Positions 54,883-64,000 of a stretch of 64,000 nucleotides of DNA are shown here, one piece after another. The position numbers and the translations under genes are program-made. Every line of letters starts with the position of its first letter. The stretch's first letter is position 1. The stretch comes from Bilabrum cf. latius (Eukaryota), in assembly GCA_965178125.1 (NCBI GenBank), contig CBCXTV010000001.1, positions 1 through 64,000 on the forward strand, in the 5' to 3' direction. The notes beneath the pieces are model-generated. The model saw only the letters and a program-made list of their open reading frames with translations. It was not told the origin of the DNA and searched no databases.

Positions 54883-56205
54883 TTGCATTCGGAATGGGCG
54901 GGGAGTTGCTTTTCCTGGGAGCATGTGCGAGATTCCTTCTCCGCGGGTCCTCTTTCGGCTTCGGCAGTCAGCAGCGCACTCTGCGGGAACGGCATTCTCC
55001 GAGTCTTTTTGCCGATGATGTCTGAGGAGAAACCGTCTGAAAGCATTGCTGTTTCCTTGGGAGACGGCCGCAATCTTCGTGGGCGTCGAGGCGCCGGTGA
55101 TATGGGAAACGAGGGCGGCATGTTGGCGCGCGAGGTCGACGCGCCGGCGGAGCACGCCGGCGCGGCGGCAAGCGTCGATGATTCGGGCGGCCCCCACATC
55201 GAGAGCGGCGGCGCGGAGGCGGCGTCCACGGGGATGCTCGGAGAGGAGAGCGGCAAGGCAGCGCCGAAGGAGGACGCCGAAGACGACGGCGGCAAGAAGA
55301 CGGAGGAGGAGGATGCTCGCGGCGGTGGACGTGCTGTGGTGCCCGGAGGTAATGACGACGTATGGACCGACGCAGCAGCTTGGAAGGCGGGTGGCGGCGT
55401 GGCAGCCGGGGCGGTCTCTGGCGCTGATAGCTGGGCTCTATGGGGGACCCCTGCGAAGTCGTCATGGGGGGAGACGTACGTGCCGCGGCAGGTCGCGTCG
55501 GAGCCGGCGGAGGAGGCGACATGGACTTGCAACGCGTGCCAGTGCTGCAAGCCCCGGTCGGCGTACTTCAAGAAGTGGAAGGACTGGATCCAACCAGTTT
55601 GCCGGGTGTGTTGCGACAAGTTCGACAACGCGACGCCGTGGTGGGTGTGGTGCAAGAACTGCAAAAACGAGTATCCGGCGTACCGATTTCCCCAGATCCG
55701 CCGGAAGAAGGAGAACTTGCGCTATTTCTTCCCTGAGGACTGGTGCGCGAAGTGCCTGGTTGCGCGTGGCTGGAGTCTCCATGATGTCCGTTCCTCTGCG
55801 GGTGAAGCGAAGCGTTGGGTGCCAAAAGCTGGCGCGAATACCGGTGACGGCGACAACGACGCTCGTGCTCCCGCACGCGACGAGCTTCCTGCAGGAGGCG
55901 CCGCCTCCTGCAGCAACGCCGTGCATCAGAGTTCTTCGCGTGACGAGGCCTTGGATGACATCAACCGGGCCATGGAGCTTCTCCGGAATGCGGAGAAATT
56001 CATCTCCGCGATGCCATCGTGCATGCAGTGTGCGGTGCAGGACCAGTTGATGCAGGGCATCGTCAAAGACCAGGCCCTCTTGGATATCTTCTCCGGCAAG
56101 ATAACGGACTGGATCAAATACCATCCGGCCACTCTTGGGGCGATCCAATCCTATCGAAACGCATGGCTGTGGGCCGACGGAATGGCTCATGGTTGTCGAG
56201 GATGA
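54883..56205 (+). CDS. Chimeric ZnF1/ZnF2/glycosyltransferase ORF, copy 3
   Basis: Near-identical to 12978-14300. Confidence 0.45.
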   Translation: MHSEWAGSCFSWEHVRDSFSAGPLSASAVSSALCGNGILRVFLPMMSEEKPSESIAVSLGDGRNLRGRRGAGDMGNEGGMLAREVDAPAEHAGAAASVDDSGGPHIESGGAEAASTGMLGEESGKAAPKEDAEDDGGKKTEEEDARGGGRAVVPGGNDDVWTDAAAWKAGGGVAAGAVSGADSWALWGTPAKSSWGETYVPRQVASEPAEEATWTCNACQCCKPRSAYFKKWKDWIQPVCRVCCDKFDNATPWWVWCKNCKNEYPAYRFPQIRRKKENLRYFFPEDWCAKCLVARGWSLHDVRSSAGEAKRWVPKAGANTGDGDNDARAPARDELPAGGAASCSNAVHQSSSRDEALDDINRAMELLRNAEKFISAMPSCMQCAVQDQLMQGIVKDQALLDIFSGKITDWIKYHPATLGAIQSYRNAWLWADGMAHGCRG

Positions 56206-58818
56206 TATCGAACCTCGCGAAGCATGCGTGGATCGGCTACTCGTAGTTCTTCACGCCATCGCGAAACCCCAAGGTGACGCAGATGGCCATGTTAGCGGGG
56301 TCAGAAGCACCGAGAATGGTCAGCCTCCAGCGCGGAAACTCACCTCATGCACAACTGCGAGCGCCTCTTGGACGTGCGGACCTATCCGGCGCACTGGGTA
56401 GACAACACATTTGTGGTCCCCTTCCACGTGGGCATGGGCCTAAAGTGGTATCTCATCAGCCCGGAGGGGAGGAAGGCGCTCCTGAAGATGCGGATCCCGA
56501 ACCGAAGCTTCGAACGCTGCGTCTGGCGCCGCATCTTCGACACGTTCCAAGGGCCGGTATGTAATGTCCGTCGTGATGTCCGTGTGCGCGGCCCTGAGTT
56601 GGGGGGTTGTCTCGTCTGGGAAAAAACAGAGCGCGTGCCCATCTCCTACGAAGACTTGTGCGGTGTTCACGAGCACGCCGGCGAAACCTCGAGTTTTGGC
56701 ATCAAGATCGTGTCGCGGCCAGGCTGTACGACGGCGGCAAGAAGACGGAGAAGGAGGATGCTCACGGTATCGCCCTGATCATCTGCACGACTTCGTGGGG
56801 CTCCATGACGTAACGGCGAGCGAGAACATTGACTGGTGGCGTGGCTGGAGGATCTCGGGAACACACGGCGGGCGAGCCGTTTTTCAAAAGGAGCACGGGT
56901 CCTTCGGGACGCCATTTCACTTACGGCGGGCGAGCCGTTTTCCGAATGGTGCGGGGGTCCTACTGATGCACACGGCGATCGCTGGTTCACTCACGGCGGG
57001 CGAGCCGTTTTCCGAATGGTGCGGAGTCCTCCAGATGACCACGGTGATGGGTGGCAGCATGTCATAGGCGCGCCGTCGGAAGCTTCCCCTTCGAGTGATG
57101 CCTAAAACTGAGAAACCTGGAGATCCTAGCATCGTATGGAGGCAAGAGGTAACACCTTGGGGTCCGTTCTCCGCTTCAATTCCTGTCCCAAATCCGATTC
57201 CCATTTCGAGACCGAAAAAGGTGACCCGGAAAACGACGGTACTTATTTCTGAACCGTTTTCCGGACGCTTTCCGGGTCTCCCATGTGACCGCTTTTTGCG
57301 TACCGAAACACGTTCCGCGCGTGAGGAGCAGATGCGGATCTCCGCGGGGTCCTATTTGTGTCTTTTTTCGGGGACGAAATCGGGCGCACTTCTCGTGCCG
57401 ATTTGTGGTCGTCTCTGAAACCGGCTGCGAGTCGGGAAAGGTGCCCGAGATGCTTGTGTCCTTGGCTTCGTATTTCTCCGCATATTCTTCAAACGCGGGC
57501 GGCAGTGGCTCCTGCGCGGGAGCTTCCCGAGTGGGTCCGTCGTGCAGTGCGCTGGGTAGGTCCGCAGGTCAAGGAGGCGCTCGCAGTTATAGACGTAGGT
57601 GGAGTTTGCGAGCTGCCGGCCGACATGCTCATGTGGTGACCGGAGGTCACCACATGAGCATGTCGGCCGGCAGCTCGCAAACCCCACCTGCGTCTATAAC
57701 TGCGAACGCCTCCTTGACCTGCGGACCTACCCAGCGCACTGAGCAGACAACGCATTTGTGGTCCCCCTCCACGTCGGCATGGGCTTGAAGTGGTACCTCA
57801 GGAGGATTTCACTTGCGCCGGCCCCCAGGATTTCGCCAAAAATGGCCGATCCGCACAAGGAATTTAAGTTGCGGCGACACAGCTCGGACCCTGGCTTTTT
57901 TTTGGCTGTTTCGGGGCCCCAAGAGGGCTCCCGGCCCCAAAAAGGGCAAAACGCGAGGTTGTGGTGGAAAAAATGGGCCCCAAGGAGTCTCCAAACGACG
58001 CAAAACGCCACGTTGTGGTGGATTTTAGAGCCCCTAAATCGCCCAAAAAAGACGCAAAACGCCACGTGGTGGTGGATTTTAGAGCCCCTAAATCGCCAAA
58101 AAAGACGCAAAACGCCACGTTGTAGTGGATTTTAGAGCCCCTAAATCGCCCAAAAAAGACGCAAAACGCCACGTTGTGGTGTTTTTTTTGAGCGTTTTCG
58201 GGGGGCTCGGAAGGGGACCCCCCCAGGATTTGGCCAAAAATGGCCGATCCACACAAGGACTTTAAGTTGCGGCGACACAGTTCGGGCCCCGGTTTGTTTT
58301 TGCGGTTTGGGGGCCCCGAGAGGGCTCCCGGCCCCAAAAAGGGCAAAACGCGAGGTTGTGGTGGAAAAATGGGCCCCAGGCAGCCCCAAACGACGCAAAA
58401 CGCCACGTTGTGGTGGATTTTAGAGCCCTAAATCGCCCAAAAAAGACGCAAAACGCCACGTTGTCGTGGATTTTAGAGCCCTAAATCGCCCCAAAGAGAC
58501 GCAAAACGCCACGTTGTAGTGGATTTTAGAGCCCCTAAACCGCCCTAAAAAGACGCCAAACGCCACGTTGTGGTGTTTTTTTTGAGCGTTTTGGGGGGCC
58601 CGGAAGGGGACCCCCCCAGGATTTGGCCCAAAATGGCCGATCCACACAAGGAATTTAAGTTGCGGCGACACAGTTCGGGCCCCGGGGTTTGTTTTGCTGT
58701 TTGGGGGCCCCAAGAGGGCTCCCGGGAGGCCCTAGAGTGGCCCTTCTCCGCTTCAATTCCTGTCCCAAATCCGATTCCCATTTCGAGACCGAAAAAGGTG
58801 ACCCGGAAAACGACGGTA

Positions 58819-61800
58819 CTCTCCGTCACTCCATCTGGCGGCGAAAATTGCCTCAGTTTCCGGTCCCCGATTCCGGGCCCAGGGACCCCCGAAATTCCCG
58901 ATTCCGCGCAGTGCCGAAAGCTCGACATAAACCACAAACACGACACACAACACAACACGATAGCGCCTCCCCACGCGCGGGATTGGGTCCTTCCGCTCGC
59001 TGCATGTGAGCTGCAGTGTGTTCTTGCCGGGAATGTCACTGGAAGTCGCGCTGCAGTCTGCTCAGGGCGCCTTATGACCATGAAGGCGTCTCAGCACCCG
59101 CGACGGCAAGAGGGGGCACGCACGACGTTGCGAAGCACCCGCCCTGGGTGAAGAAACTGCGTATCCACAGGAGTCACGTTCAGGTGCGCGAGAATTGGAA
59201 AGGCGGGGTAACTGGTGCAGAGGAGCTTGTTCGCAGCGCGGCTTCCACCAGCGCCGCTGACGGTAAGATGCATCGGTCTCGGTACATGAGTCGGCACGGT
59301 GTTGCGTGATTGACTTCACGATGCGGGAGTGTGCAGCCTTCCGCAGCGGGAGAATTGTATCTCCCCACGACCGCCGAAAAAAAAAAGAAGGCTATGCTGG
59401 ACTCGTTCCAGGGAAGGCTATGCGATGAGTATCTCTAGGCGCTTTCCGGAAGACCCACCCACTACACGCTGGTCAGCCCTCCCAAGCGGGAGTGAACCGC
59501 GGATCCGCGGGCCCGTGAGCGCTGCTGCTACGATCATTTCTGCCCGTTTGACTCTCGCCCACTCTTGCCGTGACCAAAGACGCGCAGATCCTTATGACGC
59601 ATGACACCTCGTCGAGGTGTCGAGACTGCCTCACATTCCCGTTACAAAGACCCACAGCACTGCGACAACGAAATCGGTCACGAAGAGAGCAAGAGGCCGC
59701 GCACCTGAGCATCACAAAAACCCCGAGAGACATAAACAACACCGTCCCGTGAAGTCCCTGCGACGAGGGGATGCTAAGCGGCTCCCACGGCGGCTCCTCT
59801 GCGGGAAAAGCTGCCGCAGACCTCGAGATGGGATGCACATGACTGCGAAGATTGCGGAACTCGTCCGAAGCCGGTCGCACGAGGGTCACAGCGAATGGAG
59901 GCATATCTATGAAATAGAGTCTGCGTGCAAAGCAGCATTCCAACGATCGTCCGCATTCTTCCGAGCAAATCCTTGGGAGCACACATCCTGCGGACGACAT
60001 CTCTTTTCTATCCACCCCAGCGTACTCCCCGCACACACTTCTCGCGAATGATTGAGAATTCTGTGCGGCACATGTAATATCAGGCTACCATGATACGCGG
60101 AATGGCGTGCTATTGCTCGCACGTTCGTGCGCCCCCTTCCGAATGCGCTTACCACATCACTATGTTCGTCGGCAACCGTATACACCGTAGGGGTCTTCCC
60201 TCCGACACCAAGCGTACACGACTGGCCGTAATAGCGCAGCGTAGATGTTTCGGACGTCGCCCAGGACAAGTGTCGACGCCCGGTTCGTCACGATCACTAC
60301 GTGTGCACTTCACTCACCGCCCTCCAGCCGCTAGACTTCTTTTGGAGCGCGACATCCTACGACGCGCTATGACACGTAGCCGTAAACCGCAGACGGCCTC
60401 GCGTTCACTGCTTGCAGCGCAAGAGCGTGAACAAGAACCGCCCGCGTGGCACACCTTCGCAGGCGCGGAAGACAAAAAGTTCCTTCTAAGCTTGTATTCG
60501 GGTCCGAAAGCCAAATTCCACTTCGGGGTCGAGAAGGGCGACCCGGGAAATCACCGTACGCTCTGTGAATCCATTTCCCGGGGAAAGTCCCCGAGTTCCC
60601 GCTACCCGGTCCCAGGCCCAGCGACCCAGGAAAGTTCCCGTCCCCCCGCATGCGGAAACCTCCCACGAAGCACGCCCACCTCACGCTTCACACGCAAAAG
60701 TCCAGGAGTCAAATCCATTCCGGACCCAGCAGTTCACCCCCCGTGACGATTGGGAAAGGCTCTTGCACACACCTTCTCGTCCGAGCAGTCTATGGAGCAC
60801 ACACCTGTCTTCGTTGCCTTTTCCGGCCAAAAATGCAGGGAGTTCGAAGGGGAAGTAGCAAGCGCGGAAGACCGCTTTCGAAACGCAGGTGCTCAGGGAA
60901 AAACAACCAGAGCGTCCCTGATCCTCGGCAGAGCCGTCCAGGAGGGACGGGCACGGACGGGCATCGCAGATCTTGCAGCGCCACCATTCGCCGGGATGGG
61001 CGACCGGACGAGGGCGACCACAAGTACGTAGCGTGCGACGTCCGTCAGTCGCCATGTTGCGCTAATTCGCTTTCGCGGCACGACTTCCAGGGCCGGCCTT
61101 ACTCACTCCTCGGAGTCCGCGTGTGGATTCTCCCCTGCGCATGATCTGCCGCTCTAGATGCTACACAAAGATCCCGCTCGGATGACCCCCTCTGTGCATT
61201 CTGCAAGATTTTACGCGCCTCCATTCAATGCGCGAAGCATGCACCGCAGCACTCTGAGTCCGGTGACCACCTTCAATAGCGTGGGACAAATTCCGTCCGC
61301 GATGTGCATTCGGGCATGCTCCCCTTTCCGAGTCTCTGTGACCCGTAGTGCGTCCGCGGCCAACGACTCAGGACTCCACGATGGTACGCACGAGTTGCAT
61401 TCCTTGCACGAAGCGTGCGGAGAGAAAGCGATGCTCAGACATCGAGGCGCTTGGAGGGTCTGCACGCGACATGCTTCGAGAGGCCATGCAAACATGCGAA
61501 ACCAGAACTGAGGTTCCTCATCGTTCCTGCTGTCGAGCGCTCAATTGGGGCATCGGATCAGGACGAAGCTCGCGAAGAGAGGGCGCGGGTGTCCCCATCC
61601 AAAAATCCGCCGCCTTCAAGGCTCATGTTCCCGGATCCTGCATTCGCGAGTTTCGGGAGCAGAAGTGCAAGATCGCCGCTGGACACACAGCGCATGCCAT
61701 TTCCCGTCTCTGGAGATGTCGGGCTTCCAGGCGCAATTCGGACACCATCGCCAGGACCTCGGGAAGATGACATGTCTGCTGATCTGCAGGGAAGAGTCCC

Positions 61801-64000
61801 GCTTCGAGGAGTGGCGACAAAAAAAAGGGGCGCGAGAACTCCACGAGCACATGGGAGCGGTCCTTCGGCTCCCCAATCCAGTGTTTCCGCAGACCGACAG
61901 GGACCCAGATGGACGCGACATCGTCAAAGACCAGGCCCTCTTGGATATCTTCTCCGGCAAGATAACGGACTGGAGCAAATACAATCCGGCCACTGTTGGG
62001 GCGATCCAATCCCATCGAAACGCATGGCTGTGGGCTGAGAACCACACGCCGACGGAATGGCTCATGGTTGTCGAAGATGATATCGAACCTCGCGAAGCAT
62101 GCGTGGATCGGCTACTCGTAGTTCTTCACGCCATCGCGAAAAACCCCAAGGTGACGCAGATGGCCATGTTAGCGGGGTCAGAAGCACCGAGAATGGTCAC
62201 CCTCCAGCGCGACAACTCCACCTCCATCCACAATTGCGAGCGCCTCTTGGACGTGCGGACCTATCCGGCGCACTGGGTAGACAACACATTTGTGGTCCCC
62301 TACCACGTCGGCATGGGCCTAAAGTGGTATCTCATCAGCCCGGAGGGGAGGAAGGCGCTCCTGAAGATGCGGATCCCGAACCGAAGCTTCGAACGCTGCG
62401 TCTGGCGCCGCCTCTTCGACACGTTCCAAGGGCCGGTATGGAAGTGGGGAGATTGCCTCCGCATGACATCTGTGCTGGCAGCCAGCCCGGTCCTCGCATC
62501 GACTCCCGAGAGCATGGACACGGAGTGGGGGGGCTCGGGACGACGAAGTGCGGATGCAGGGCACAGTATGAAACCGTACATAATGGTCGACCCGAGTGAG
62601 GACTGGACTCTTGGCGAGCGATTAAACACATTGTCCGTCGTGATGTCCGTGTGCGCGGCCCTGAGTTGGGGGGTTGTCCTCGTCTGGGAAAAAACAGAGC
62701 GCGTGCCCATCTCCTACGAAGACTTGTGCGGTGTTCACGAGCACGCCGGCGAAACCAACACGTTCGTCCACCTCCTCCAGGACAAACGCGGCGGGTCGTA
62801 TTCGTACTTCCTGAGGTACGGAGACATCCGCATCCACGTGGTGCAGCCGATGATGTGCATCCCCACCCTCGACAGAATGCTCGACATGGTAGCCCTGAAG
62901 AGGCCCAAGATGAACACCCTGCCTCCCTTGAAATGGCAGACCGCTCGATGGATCCAAGTCAAGCAGAAGTGGATCGATAAACTCCACACGGAGATGCCGG
63001 GGGCCGAGCTGCCCTCATGGCTGGAGTGGCCACCCTCAACCCACGCGCTTGTCCTCTGCGACGACAGGGACTTGGCGGCGCACTGCCTCGAGGGGAGATG
63101 CCAAAAGGAGCAGCAGGAGTGGATGAACGACGGGAAGGACAACAGCATCCAGCACTACATCCTTGAGGCAAAGCAAGCGCTGCAGAACGAGTTGGAAGAC
63201 ATCCTAAAGGGGGACAGCAGCTCACGCCTCGTCGTGATCCGCATGACAACCAAACTGCTGGGACAGGTCTGGGTGGACATGATGAAGCACCTCACGAAGC
63301 AGTTCGGGAAGCGCATCATAACGCCAACGTTCCTCCTCCCGAAAATGATCCCCAAAAGGAGGCACGACGAAAAGAACCCGAGTGATGATTGGATTACTTG
63401 GGGAGCATCCTTGGCGAAAACCGTGGGCCTCCTCACGCTCATACCTCCGATGCAAGTGCACTATCCCATCATGAGCTGGACCGTGGCCTGGAACCACTTC
63501 ATGTTTAAGGGCAGGACTGCCACGGACACCGTGATCCCAGACGTCATCCGAACTCTGTACGCTCCGCACAAGAGCAACAGGAAGCAGCTCCTCAAGAACG
63601 GCCCGCTGTGCCAGACGAGGCGCGCCGTGCTGGACTCGCCCGCACTGCGGGACATTGCGAACAACTACTCAAGGGCCAAGGACAAGACCTATAACCTCTT
63701 GAGTTATTCCAAATGGTTTGCCGAAGAAGCCATGTGGCACATGATCAAGTACGCGGAAAGCACGCAGTGCATCGTCGACCCGTTCGTGAGCCGCCAGTGC
63801 CAAAAGGTCTTCGAGCACATCCCCTCGGACGACATCGGCCATGCGGACGCCCGGCTCCGGTACAACCTTCAGGATGCCGACGACCGAGGTTACCGCTTCA
63901 ACGCGGGGCATCTCTACACCGCGGTGCAGGGCATCAAAACGGTGAACATCGCATACAACAAGTGGCTCACCGAGCAGGCACAGAGTCATTCCGAATGGAG
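58819..64000 (+). mobile_element. Block B, copy 2 (truncated by the window end)
   Basis: Same left junction ggTA|ctctccgtcactcc; colinear with 16915 onward at offset 41904. Confidence 0.9.
61545..64000 (+). CDS. Glycosyltransferase-like protein, copy 2 (3'-truncated by the window)
   Basis: Colinear with 19641 onward; two conservative changes seen (E>D, D>E). Confidence 0.72.
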   Translation, partial: MGHRIRTKLAKRGRGCPHPKIRRLQGSCSRILHSRVSGAEVQDRRWTHSACHFPSLEMSGFQAQFGHHRQDLGKMTCLLICREESRFEEWRQKKGARELHEHMGAVLRLPNPVFPQTDRDPDGRDIVKDQALLDIFSGKITDWSKYNPATVGAIQSHRNAWLWAENHTPTEWLMVVEDDIEPREACVDRLLVVLHAIAKNPKVTQMAMLAGSEAPRMVTLQRDNSTSIHNCERLLDVRTYPAHWVDNTFVVPYHVGMGLKWYLISPEGRKALLKMRIPNRSFERCVWRRLFDTFQGPVWKWGDCLRMTSVLAASPVLASTPESMDTEWGGSGRRSADAGHSMKPYIMVDPSEDWTLGERLNTLSVVMSVCAALSWGVVLVWEKTERVPISYEDLCGVHEHAGETNTFVHLLQDKRGGSYSYFLRYGDIRIHVVQPMMCIPTLDRMLDMVALKRPKMNTLPPLKWQTARWIQVKQKWIDKLHTEMPGAELPSWLEWPPSTHALVLCDDRDLAAHCLEGRCQKEQQEWMNDGKDNSIQHYILEAKQALQNELEDILKGDSSSRLVVIRMTTKLLGQVWVDMMKHLTKQFGKRIITPTFLLPKMIPKRRHDEKNPSDDWITWGASLAKTVGLLTLIPPMQVHYPIMSWTVAWNHFMFKGRTATDTVIPDVIRTLYAPHKSNRKQLLKNGPLCQTRRAVLDSPALRDIANNYSRAKDKTYNLLSYSKWFAEEAMWHMIKYAESTQCIVDPFVSRQCQKVFEHIPSDDIGHADARLRYNLQDADDRGYRFNAGHLYTAVQGIKTVNIAYNKWLTEQAQSHSEW

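Larger units (their letters stand above)
41910..57117 (+). repeat. Block A, copy 3
   Basis: Colinear with 1-15212 (offset 41909-41905). Confidence 0.97.

Overview
GC-rich, apparently intron-less window made entirely of a tandem array of a composite mobile element. It is probably eukaryotic, since pogo-type transposases are eukaryotic, but the host cannot be named from sequence alone. Two blocks alternate. Block A (~15.2 kb) has copies at 1-15212 and 41910-57117, plus copies split by block B (15213-16914 + 28901-41909; 57118-58818). Block B (11,986 bp) lies at 16915-28900 and again from 58819 to the window end, giving a ~41.9-kb higher-order period. B encodes a geminivirus/CRESS-type HUH endonuclease + SF3 helicase Rep preceded by an iteron-rich stem-loop (candidate rolling-circle origin), a large GT25-like + fucosyltransferase-like glycosyltransferase and small proteins. 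B is bounded by TA dinucleotides and imperfect inverted repeats, and the B-less sites read TA-CT-TA, like a Tc1/mariner/pogo excision footprint. The first half of A encodes a pogo-type DD35D transposase, two CxxC zinc-finger proteins and a coiled-coil protein. The rest of A is a scrambled patchwork of pieces of these same genes. It also holds a copy of the candidate origin, a 97-bp hairpin from a diverged glycosyltransferase gene, a PARP-like relic and a satellite. No rRNA, tRNA, CRISPR array or capsid gene was recognised.
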